Shown here: one piece after another, positions 1 through 12,300 of the stretch
Layout of the letters: every line of letters begins with the position of its first letter
Numbering within the stretch: position 1 is the first letter of the stretch
Source: Mobula hypostoma
Lineage: Eukaryota
Direction: 5' to 3'
Assembly (NCBI RefSeq): GCF_963921235.1
Contig: NC_086107.1
Location: 105,588,001-105,652,000 of the forward strand
Length of the DNA stretch: 64,000 bases
Translations under genes and position numbers: made by a program
Notes under the pieces: model-generated
Seen by the model: the letters and a program-made list of their open reading frames with translations, nothing else
What the model was told of the DNA's origin: nothing
Database searches by the model: none

Positions 1-309
1 GCGAGTGAGAGTTTTCCCCTGGAGGTGAGACAGGTGTCTATGGATCCAGGTTGGTGTCCACCCAAACTTGTCAGCTTCAACTCAGCTGAGCCTCCCACAC
101 CAAGGAACCTTTGTCGGGGATGATGTTGTCCCTCTCTCACACACTCCACTCTCCTGTCTGCTCAGATTCAGGAACAAGGCTCAGAGTGTTGGGGTTTCCA
201 GCTAAGGCCAATGGTTACCCACGGATTCCCAGGGTCATTAGTACAATCGTCAATGGATTGTTCACCAGAGAATGTTACAGCAAGAGATTGAAATCATAAA
301 TGTTGATAC

Positions 310-345
310 CTCGAGCTTCAGAGTGACTATTTCTTTCTGTAGAAT
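310..345 (-). CDS. Type-C exon: [12 protein letters not shown]
   Basis: ttccag|36 nt|gtatca. Confidence 0.7.
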
Positions 346-3300
346 CTGGAAAAGAAGGGAAAGAATTTCAGTTCACCAATCACAGGGCATTCTCTATGGA
401 CATTATCAGTTCAGCTCCAAAACATTCGGTCGCATTTTAATGACACTTCACTGTAAGCTGGTGATGTATAGTTGACAGATGACAGAACATAGAAAAGTAC
501 AGCACGGTCCAGGCCCTTCAGTCCACAATGTTGTGCTAACCCTTTCACCTACTCTAAGATCAATCTTACCCTTTCTACTACCATCAATCCTGCCAGAGCA
601 TTCCACGCAATTTCCACTCTCTGTGTATAAAAACCAACCTCTGACAATCCCCTGTACTTTCCCACAAACATGGGAGATCTGTTCCGTCCTGTATCCATTT
701 TCAGCTTGGGAAATTATCTCCGGCTGTCCACTCAATCTATGCCTTTGGTGTACACCTCTATCACACCACCTCTTATCCTCATTCTTGTGGTTAGACCACG
801 CTTGGAATATTGTGTTCAGTTCTGGTCACTTCATTGTTGGAAGGATGAGGAAGCTTTAGAGAGGGTGCAGAGAAGATTTACCCAGACGCTGGTTGGATTA
901 GAGAGCATGTCTTATGAAGAGATATTGTTCAAGCGAATGCTTTTATCTAAGGAGCAAAGACATCTGGGTAGCATCCTTGTAAATCTTCTCTGCACTCCCT
1001 CTAAAGCTTCTACATCCTTCCTATAAAGAAGTGAACAGAAATCATACAATACTCTAAGTGTGGTCTAACCAGAGTTTTATAGAGCTGCATCATTAACTTG
1101 TGGTTCTTGAACTCGATCCTGCGACTAATTCTGCCTTCGGGTTTGACTTTCCAAAGTGAATAATTTACACTTTTCTAAGTTGAACTCCATCTGCCATTTC
1201 TCAGCCTCTCCTGGAATAAATGCTTCTGCAATGCATCCAGTCTGCTCCCCATTCTATCTGATTCCTTGTGGATTCTGATGTCAAGTAACTAACCAGTGAA
1301 CTACACCTCTCAGACACAGATTATCTCAGTCAATAATCTCTGTATAGAAAGAAATCCACGAACCATCATCTTCTCGGGAACCAATCACTTTGATTCTCCT
1401 TTCTCCACTTTCTTTGGAAGCTGGAAGTTAAAAGTGTTTGATTATAAAATGGAAGGTGAGTGTGGAAACTCTCCCATCTTCAAAATGTATCCCTGTAACG
1501 TGCAGCTATCTGTTCACACTCACACACGTCACTGCCACTGATCTGAGTACCTCCCCATGATCTGCTCACCCATTGCCCAACACCGCACCTGAGGCTGGGA
1601 TTAGATCCAACTTTCTCCCGGGACACAGCGACCTGAATATGATCTCCCTGTGGTGAGTGAGAGTTTTCCCCTGGAGGTGAGACAAGTGTCTATGGGTCCA
1701 GGTTGGTGTCCAACCAAACTCGTCAGCTTCAGCTCATCTGAGCCTTCCATACCAAGGAACCTTTGTCGGGGATGATGTTGTCCCTCTCTCACACACTCCA
1801 CCCTCCTGTCTGCTCAGATTCAGGAACAGGGCTCACAGTGTTGGGGTTTCCAGCCAAGGCCAATGGTTACCCACGGATTCCCAGTGTCATTAGTACAATT
1901 GTCAATAGATTGTTCACCAGAGAGTGTGACAGCAAGAGATTGAAATCATAAATATTGTTACCTCGAGCTTCAGAGTGACTATTTCTTTCTGTAGAATCCG
2001 GAAAAGAAGGGAAAGAATTTCAGTTGACCAATGACAGGGCATTCTCTATGGCCATTATCAGTTCAGTTCTCAAACTCTCCCCCCATTTTAATGACACTTC
2101 ACTTTTAGCTGGTGATGAATTGTTCACAGATCATTGAACATAGAACAGTCCAGTACAGTCCGGGTGCTTCAGGCCCTAACGTTGTGCTAACATTTTAACC
2201 TTCTCCAATGTCAACCTTACCCTTTCTTCTCATAGCCCGTTATTAATCTTTTGTCCATGTGCCTTACAATCTCTTAAATGTCCTTCTACCATCACCCCCG
2301 GCAGCGCATTCAACACAATTACCAGTCTCTGTGTATAAAACACTAACCTCAGACATCCCCCTGAACTTCCCCACAAACACGTCGGTTTTGCTCCCTCAAT
2401 TTTCCATTTCCACCTTGGGCAAACATCCTTGGCTGTCTACTCTATCTATGTCTTTACTGTACACTTTGATCATACCACCTCTTATACCCCTTCTTGTGGT
2501 TAGAAAACACTTGGAAATTTGTGTTCAGATCTAGTCCCTTTATTATTGGAAGGATGAGGAAGCTTTAGAGAGGGTGCAGAGAAGAGTTACCCAGACGCTG
2601 GCTGGATTAGAGAGCATGTCTTATGAAGATATATTGACCAAGCAAATGCTTTTAACTAAGGAGTAAAGAGACACCTGGGTAGGATCCTCGTAAATCTTCA
2701 CTGAGTTCTCTCTAAAGTTTCTACATACTTCCTATAAAAAAATGATTACAATACTCCTAGTGGGGTCTAACCAGAATTTTATAGAACTGCAACGTAACCT
2801 GGAACTTGATCCCCCGACTAATTCTGCCTTCAAGTTTGATCTTCCAAACTGCATCACTTCACACTTTCCTGAGTTAAACACCATCTCCCACTTCTCAGCC
2901 TCTCCTGGAATAAATGCTTCTGCTTTGTATCCAGTCTGTTCCCCATTCTACCTGATTCCTTGTGGATTCTGATGTCAAGCAATTAACCAGTGAACTACTC
3001 CTCTCAGACCCAGATTAGCTCAGTCAACAATCTCTGTATAGAAAGAAATCCACGAACCATAATCTTCTCGGGGATCAATCACTTTGATTTTCCTTTCTCC
3101 ACTTTCTGTGGAATCTGAAAGTAAAAATTGTTTGATTATAAAATGGAAGGTGAGTGTGGAAATTCTCTCAGCTTCAAAGTGTATCTTTGTAACGTGTAGC
3201 TACCTGTTCACACTCACACACGTCACTGCCACTGACCTGAGTACTTCCCCATGATCTGCTCACCCATTGCCCAACACCCCACCTGAGGTTGGGATTAGAT

Positions 3301-6300
3301 GCAACTTTCTCCCGGGACACAGCGACCTGAATATGATATCTCTGTGGTGAGTGAGAGTTTTCCCCTCAAGGTGAGACAAGTGTCTATCGGTCCGGGTTGG
3401 TGTCCACCCAAACTCGTCAGCTTCAGCTCATCTGAGCCTCCCACACCAAGGAACCTTTGTTGGGGATGATGTTGTCCCTCTCTCACACACTCCACCCTCC
3501 TGTCTGCTCAGATTCAGGAACAGGGCTCACAGTGTTGGGGTTTCCAGCCAAGGCCAATGGTTACCCACGGATTCCCAGGGTCATTAGTACAATCGTCAAT
3601 GGATTGTTCACCAGAGAATGTGACAGCAAGAGATTGAAATCATAAATATTGTTACCTCGAGCTTCAGAGTGACTATTTCTTTCCGTAGAATCTGGAAAAG
3701 AAGAGAAAGAATTTCAGTTCAGCAATCACAGGGCATTCTCTGTGGCCATTATCAGTTCAGTTCTCAAACTCTCCCCCCATTTTAATGACACTTCACTTTT
3801 AGCTGGTGATGAATTGTTCACAGATCATTGAACATAGAACAGTCCAGTACAGTCCAGGTGCCTCAGGCCCTAACGTTGTGCTAACATTTTCACCTTCTCC
3901 AATGTCAATTTTACCCTTTCTTCTCATAGTCCATTATTAATCTTTTGTCCATGTGCCTTACAATCTCTTAAATGTCCTTCTACCATCACCCCTGGCAGCG
4001 CATTCAACACAATTGTCAGTCTCTGTGTATAAAAACCTAACCTCAGACATCCCCCTGTACTTCCCCACAAACACGTCGGTTTTGCTCCCTCAATTTTCCA
4101 TTTCCACCTTGGGCAAACATCCTTGGCTGTCTACTCTATCTATGTCTTTACTGTACACTTTGATCATACCACCTCTTATACCCCTTCTTGTGGTTAGAAA
4201 ACACTTGGAAATTTGTGTTCAGATCTAGTCCCTTTATTATTGGAAGGATGAGGAAGCTTTAGAGAGGGTGCAGAGAAGAGTTACCCAGACGCTGGCTGGA
4301 TTAGAGAGCATGTCTTATGAAGATATATTGACCAAGCAAATGCTTTTAACTAAGGAGTAAAGAGACACCTGGGTAGGATCCTCGTAAATCTTCACTGCGC
4401 TCTCTCTAAAGTTTCTACATCCTTCCTATAAAAAAGTGATTACAATACTCCTAGTGGGGTCTAACCAGAATTTTATAGAACTGCAACATAACCTGGAACT
4501 TGATCCCCCGACTAATTCTGCCTTCAAGTTTGATCTTCCAAACTGCATCACTTCACACTTTTCTGAGTTAAACACCATCTCCCACTTCTCAGCCTCTCCT
4601 GGAATAAAGGCTTCTGCTTTGTATCCAGTCTGTTCCCCATTCTACCTGATTCCTTGTGGATTCTGATGTCAAGCAATTAACCAGTGAACTACTCCTCTCA
4701 GACCTAGATTAGCTCAGTCAACAATCTCTGTATAGAAAGAAATCCACGAACCATCATCTTCTCTGGGTCCAATCACTTTGATTCTCCTTTCTCCACTTTC
4801 TTTGGAATCTGAAAGTAAAAATTGTTTGATTATAAAATGGAAGGTGAGTGTGGAAATTCTCTCAGCTTCAAAGTGTATCTTTGTAACGTGTAGCTATCTG
4901 TTCACACTCACACACGTCACTGCCACTGATCTGAGTACTTCCCCATGATCTGCTCACCCATTGCCCAACACCCCACCTGAGGTTGGGATTAGATGCAACT
5001 TTCTCCCGGGACACAGCGACCTGAATATGATGTCTCTGTGGCGAGTGAGAGTTTTCCGCTGGAGGTGAGACAGGTGTCTATGGGTCCGGGTTGGTGTCCA
5101 CCCAAACTCGTCAGCTTCAGCTCATCTGAGCCTCCCACACCAAGGAACCTTTGTCGGGGATGATGTTGTCCCTCTCTCACACACTCCACCCTCCTGTCTG
5201 CTCAGATTCAGGAACAGGGCTCACAGTGTTGGGGTTTCCAGCCAAGGCCAATAGTTACCCACGGATTTCCAGGGTCATTAGTGCAATCGTCAATGTATTG
5301 CTCACCAGAGAATGTTACAGCAAGAGATTGAATTCAGAAATGTTGATACCTCGAGCTTCAGAGTGACTATTTCTTTCTGTAGAATCTGGAAAAGAAGGGA
5401 AAGAATTTCAGTTCACCAATGACAGGGCATTCTCTATGGCCATTATCAGTTCAGTTCTCAAACTCTCACTCTCATTTTAATGACACATCACTTTAAGCTG
5501 GTGATGAATTGTTCACAGATCATTGAACATAGAACAGTCCAGTACAGTCCAGGAGCTTCAGCCCATAATGTTGTGCTAACCCTTTAACCTTCTCCAATGT
5601 CAATCTTACCCTTTCTTCTCACATAGTCCTTCATTTCTTTCATCCATGTGCCTTAGAGTTTCTTAAATGTCTCTCTAACATTACCCCTAGCAGCGCATTC
5701 CACACTATTACCACTCTCTGTGTATAAAAACGAATCTCAGACATAATATGCACAATTTCGTTTCTAAAAGGGTTTATCTAACGAATTAAATATTAAACAC
5801 ACAGCACATATTTTCCTTGCATGAATGTAGCGATAAGTCAATTATCAGGGGAAGACAGGGGAGCTTGAAGTAAGTGTTGAACGAACTTCCAGTAGAAGTG
5901 GTAGAGGCCGGTTCGATATTATGATTTAAAGAAAAATTGGATAGGTATATGGACAGGAAAGGAATGGAGGGTTATGGGCTGATTGCAGGTCAGTGGAACT
6001 AGATGAGAGATGAGAATAGCGTTTGGCACGGACTTGAAGGGCCGAGATGGCCTGTTTCCGTGCTGTACTTGTTATATGGTTATACGGTTATCCCCCTGTA
6101 CTGCACCTCAAACACGCGAGTTTTCCTCCTTCAATTTTCCATTTCCACCTTGGGAAAATATCCTTGGCTGCCTACTCTATCTATGCCTTTACTGTACACT
6201 TTGATCATAGCACCTTTTATCCTCATTCTTGTGGTTAGACCGCACTTGGAAATTTGTGTTCAGTTCTGGTCACTTCATTGTTGGAAGGATGAGGAAGCTT

Positions 6301-9300
6301 TAGAGAGGGTGCAGAGAAGATTTACCAGGACGCTGGCTGGATTAGAGAGCATGTCTTATGAAGATATATTGATCAAGCGAATGCTTTTATCTAAGGAGCA
6401 AAGACATTTGGTACCATCCTTGTAAATTTTCTCTGCACTCCCTCTAAAGCTTTTACATCCTTCCTATAAAGAAGTGAACAGAAATCAACACAATACTCTA
6501 AGTGTGGTCTAACCTGTGTTTTATAAGCTGCAACATTACCTTGTGGTTCTTGAACTCGATCCTGCGACTAATTCTGCCTTCAGGTTTGACTTTCCAAAGT
6601 GAATAATTCACACTTTTCTGAGTTGAACTCCGTCTGCCATTTCTCAGCCTCCCCTGGAATAAATGCTTCTGCAATGTATCCAGTCTGTTCCCCATTCTAC
6701 CTGATTCCTTGTGGATTCTGATGTCAAATAATTAACCAGTGAACTAATTCTCTCAGAACCAGATGAGCTCAGTCAACAATCTCCGTATAGAAACAAATCC
6801 ACGAACCATGAACTTCTTGGGATCCAATCACTTTGATTCTCCTTTCTCCACTTTCTTTGGAATCTGAAAGTAAAAAGTGTTTGATTATAAAATGGAAGGT
6901 GAGTGTGGAAAGTCTCCCAGCTTCAAAGTGTATCCCTGTAACGTGTAACTATCTGTTTACACTCACACACGTCATTGCCACAGATCTGAGTACCTCCCCA
7001 TGATCTGCTCACCGATTCCCCAACACCCTACCGGAGGTTGGGATTAGATCCATCTTTCTCCCGGGACACAGTGACCTGAATATGATCTCTCTGTGGCGAG
7101 TGAGAGTTTTCCGCTGGAGGTGAGACAGGTGTCTATGGGTCCAGGTTGGTGTCCACCCAAACTCGTCAGCTTCAACTCAGCTGAGTCTCCCAAACCAAGG
7201 AACCTTTGTCGGGGATGATGTTGTCCCTGTCTCACACACTCCACCCTCCCATCTGCTCAGATTCAGGAACAGGGCTCACAGTATTGGGGTTTCCAGCTAA
7301 GGCCAATGGTTACCCACGGATTCCCAGGGTCACTAGTACAATCGTCAATGGATTGTTCACCAGAGAATGTTACAGCAAGAGATTGAAATCATAAATGGTC
7401 GATACCTCGAGCTGCAGAGTGACTATTTCTTTCTGTAGAATCTGGAAAAGAAGGGAAAGAATTTCAGTTCAACAATGACAGGGCATTCTCTATGGCCATT
7501 ATCAGTTCAGTTCTCAAACATTCGCTCTCATTTTAATGACACTTCACTGTTAGCTGATGATGTATAGTTGACAGATTACACAACATGGAAAAGTACAGCA
7601 CGGTCCAGGCCCTTCAGCCCACAATGTTGTGCTAACCCTTTCACCTACTCCAAGATCAATCTTATCCTTTCCTCTCACATAGTCCTTCATTTGTCTTTCA
7701 ACTATGTGCCTCAGAGTCTCTTAAATATCCCTAATATATCGCCAACTACCATCAATCCTGGCAGAGCATTCCACGCAATTTCCACTCTCTGTGTATAAAA
7801 ACCAACCTTTGACAATCCCCTGCACTTCCCCACAAACATGAGAGATATGTTCCGTCCTGTATCCATTTTCACCTTGGGAAATTATCTCCGGCTGTCCACT
7901 TTATCTATGCCTTCGGTGTACAGCTCTATCACACCACCTTTAATCTCCTTCTTGTAGTTAGACCACACTTGGAGTATTGTGTTCAGTTCTGGTCACTTTA
8001 TTACTGGAAGGATGAGGAAACTTTAGAGAGGGTCCAGAGAAGAATTACCAGCACGCTGGCTGGATTAGAGAGCAGTCTTCTGAAGATATATTGATCAAGC
8101 TCTGGCTTATATCTAAGGAGCAAAGAGACATCTCCGTAGGATCCTCGTAAATCTTCTCTGTACTCTCTCTAAAGCTTCTACATCCATCCTATAAAGAAGT
8201 GAACAGAAATGAACACAATACTCTAAGTGTGGTCTAACCAGAGGTGTTGTAGAGCTGCAACATTACCTTGTGGTTCTTGAACTCGATCCCCCGACTAATT
8301 CTGCCTTCACATTTGATCTTCCAAACTGAATCACTCCACACTTTTCTGAGTTGAACTCCATCTGCCATTTCTCAGCCTCTCCTGGAATAAATGCTTTTGC
8401 TTTGTATCCAGTCTGTTCCCTATTCTACCTGATTCCTTGTGGATTCTGATGTCAAGTAATTATCCACTGAACTAGTCCTCTCAGAACCAGATTAGCTCAG
8501 TCAACAATCTCTGTATAGAAAGAAATCCACGAACCATCATCTTCTCGGGATCCAATCACTTTGATTCTCCTTTCTCCACTTTCTTTGGAATCTGAAAGTG
8601 AAAAGTGTTTGATTATAAAATGGAAGGTGAGTGTGGAAAGTCTCCCAGCATCAAAGTGTATCCCTGTAATGTGGAACTATCTATTTACACTCACACACGT
8701 CATTGCCACTGATCTGAGTACCTCCCCATGATCTGCTCACCCATTGCCCAACACCCCACCTGAGGTTGGGATTAGATCCAACTTTCTCCCAGGACACAGT
8801 GACCTGAATATGGTCTCTCTGTGGTGAGTGAGAGTTTTCCCCTTGAGGTGAGAGAAGTATCTATGGGTCCGGGTTGGTGTCCACCCAAACTTGTCAGCTT
8901 CAACTCATCAGAGCCTCCCATACCAAGGAACCTTTTTCAGGGATGATGTTGTCCCTCTCTCACACACCCCACCCTCCTGTCTGCTCAGATTCAGGAACAG
9001 GGCTCACAGTGTTGGGGTTTCCAGCCAAGGCCAATGGTTACCCACGGATTCCCAGGGTCACTAGTACAATCGTCAATGGATTGTTCACCAGAGAATGTTA
9101 CAGCAGAGATTAAAATCATAAATATCGATACCTCGAGCTTCAGAGTGACTATTTCTTTCTGTAGAATCTAAAAAAGAAGGGAAAGAATTTCAGTTCACCA
9201 ATGACAGGGCATTTTCTATGGCCATTATCAGTTCAGTTCTCAAACGCTTGCTCTCATTTTAATGACATTTCACTTTAAGCTGGTGATGAATTGTTCACAG

Positions 9301-12300
9301 ATCATTGAACATAGAACAGTGCAGTACAGTCCAGGAGCTTCGCCCATAATGTTGTGCTAACACTTTAACCTTCTCCAATGTCAATCTTACCCTTTCTTCT
9401 CACATAGTCCTTCATTTCTCTTTCAACAACCTCTGAACGCACTTTCAAGGTCTCTTCATCTTATTTGCAGAGTTTGCTGTTTTTTGGACTCCCCTACCAT
9501 GGGGAAAAGGCCGTCACCCTCCACCCTACCAATGCACCTCGTACTTTCTGTAAGTCTTCCTTCATTCCCTACGTCCCAAGGAATAATCACTGGCCTGGCG
9601 AACCTCTCCCTATAACTCACACTATCTGATCCGAGCAACATCTTTGTAAAAGGAACTTTGGCACATTGATGAATGATTTAAAAGTCTCTCCTCCAGCCTC
9701 CTGTAACTCACTATCCCTCCCCTCCTGCATTTTCACCAATCCCAGGAGCCAGTGGTACCCTTATCCTTTCCAATACAATTTTCTTCCTCACCCTGATCTG
9801 TATCCAATTTATTTATTCCTGAGAGTCCTCCTTCTGAATTTTGTTTATCACAGTTCCCTTCACCATTCCCCTGATCCGGAATAAATCCGAGTGCTCTGTA
9901 TAACGTTTTCCCTCCGCTCATCTGCCCGCTCCTGGATTCCTTACGGATTAGCTGGCGGGCAGGCACGCTCGCAAGCAGACAACTCCCCGTACGTTAGCGC
10001 GGTCAATAATCCCCACACAGAGTAATCCACGTACCGTCGTCTCCTCCGGACGCAAGCACTTTGACCTTCCTTTCGACGCTCTCATCGGAATCTGAAATAT
10101 AAACCGGATTCCAATTGTGGAACGAAATTCAGTGTGAAGGGTTCGCAGAGGTTGTCGGCCTCTCACGCGGCTATTTGCTTACACACTCTCAGTGTCTGCT
10201 GCCCAAAAGCCCAGGTTCGATGGTAAAGTACAGAAGCTGGTGTCAGCTGTATTAACCTTGAGCTTCTCGTCCATTCGATGAGACTGTCTAGCTCAGAACC
10301 ACCTTCCTTCAATAATCTTGATCTACCTCAGCCTTGAAAATATTTAGTAATACCCTCAGAGAAAATTGTACTCTGAATAAAGGGGTGACACCTTATCTTG
10401 AGCTAATACCCCTCGTGATTACACCCTCTGCCCTGCCAAAAACACCAGGGGGAGATATCACGTGAGGTACACGCTTTGGTAGGAAGAATAAAAGTGCAGA
10501 CTCTTTTCTAAACAGGGAGAGAATTCAGAAATCAGAGGTGCAAAGCGACTGTGAGTCCTAGTTCGGGATTCCCTCAGCTTGCAGGCTGAGTCGGCAGTAA
10601 AGGCAGCAAATACAATGTTAGCAGTCATATCAAGAGGACTGGAACATAAACAAGGATGTCCTGCTGTGGTTTTATTTAATGTTTATCAGACTGCATTTGG
10701 GACATTGTGAGTAATTTTAGGACCTGTAACTATTTACTCGGTTATTTATTTAGAGATAGAGTGTGGAGCAGGCCCTTTGAGCTCCAGCGCCCAGCAACCT
10801 AATTATTTAACCCGAACCTAATCACAGGACAATTTACAATGACCAATTAACATACTAACTTGTACATCTTTGGAGAAACCAAGAGGAAACCCACAAAGTC
10901 ACTGGGTGAATGTACAAACTCCCTACAGGTGGCTTTGGAATTGAGCTTCAAACCCCGATGCCCCGAGCTGTAATAGCAATGCGCTAAGGGCTACGTTACC
11001 ATGGCGATCATCCCCAAGGAAAGATCTTCTGGTCCTGGAGAAGGTCTAAGGAGAGATGTGCTGGTCCTGGAGAGGGTTTAAGGAAAGATGTTCTGGTCCT
11101 GGAGGGGGTTGAAGGAGAGATGTGCCAGTCCTGGAGATGGTCTAAGGAGAGATGTGCTGGTCCTGGAGAGGGTCTAAGGAGAGATGTGCTGGTCCTGGAG
11201 AGGGTTTGAGAAAGATGTTCTGGTCCTGGAGGGGGTTGAAGGAGAGATGTGCTGGTCCTGGAGGGGGTTTAAGAAAGATGTTCTGGTCCTGGAGGGGGTT
11301 GAAGGAGAGATATGCCAGTCCTGGAGATGGTCTAAGGAGAGATGTGCCGGTCCTGGAGAGGGTTTAAGGAAAGATGCGCTGGTCCTGGAGGGGGTCGAAG
11401 GAGAGATGTGTTGGTCCTGGAGAGGGTCCAGCGGGGTTTCACAAGAGTGATCCTGGCAATGAATGTCTGATATCTCTGGGCTTTCCCTCGGTGGAATTCA
11501 GCAGAGGGAGGGGGGTTCCTACTAAAACCTACCAGACACCGAAAGGCCTGGATAGAGTGGACGTGGAGAGAAGGAATATCAAGGATCCGAGGGCACAGCC
11601 TCAGAATAAAGGGATGTCCCTTTAAAGCTGGGATGAGGAGGAAGCGCTTCAGCTAGAGCATGGCGAATCTGTGAAACTTACTGACGGAGAGAGCAGTAGA
11701 AGCCAAATCATTGGATTATTTAAGCCAGAGGTTGATAGGTTTTCATGAAGTCTCCTTCTGGTAAAATGTTATTTTCCCTCCCCCCTGCTTCTATTCCCCA
11801 CTGTCCTTTTACCTCTTCTCATCTGCTATCACTTCCGCCTCCCCCGCCCCAGGACTCCTCCTCCTTCCCTTTCTCCGATGGTCCACTCTCCTATCAGGTT
11901 CCTTCATCTCCAGACCCTCAGCTTTCCCACCCACCTGGCTTCACCTGTCAACTTCCAGCTAGCCTCCTTCCCCTTCCTGTCACCTTTTTATTCTGGCGTC
12001 TTCCCCCTTCCTTTGCAGTCCTGGTGAAGGGTCTCAGCCTGAAACGCTGACTGTTTATTCACTTCCATTGATCCTGCCTCACCTCCTGGGTTCCTCCAGC
12101 ACTTTGTGTGTGTCGCTTTGATACGTTCTTGAGGTAAGTGGGTTAAATGCAATGGGGAAAAGGCAGGAGAATGAGGTTGATTAAAAAAAACCCATGACTG
12201 AATGGCGGAGCAGACTCAATGGGCTGGTGGTCTAACTTCTGCTCCAGTATTTTGTGGTCTTGTAGTCACAGCATCTGTCTTGTGGGCGCCACTGGAATTA

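Larger units (their letters stand above)
1..9425. repeat. Tandem array of ~1.7-kb units, each with one A exon, one C exon and CR1 fragments; extends past window start
   Basis: C exons at 310, 1962, 3656, 5350, 7406, 9132 (spacings 1652, 1694, 1694, 2056, 1726). Confidence 0.95.

Noticed and set aside
111..9113. Recurrent plus-strand ORFs ([10 protein letters not shown]..., MPYNLLNV..., MITILLVG...) as a tandem gene family
   Set aside because: They recur only because the DNA unit is repeated. Starts are mostly non-ATG, stops vary between units, and parts are antisense LINE sequence. The conserved splice signals are on the minus strand.
11016..11430. CRISPR-like array of 32-bp repeats
   Set aside because: No unique spacers; head-to-tail LINE-derived minisatellite in vertebrate DNA.
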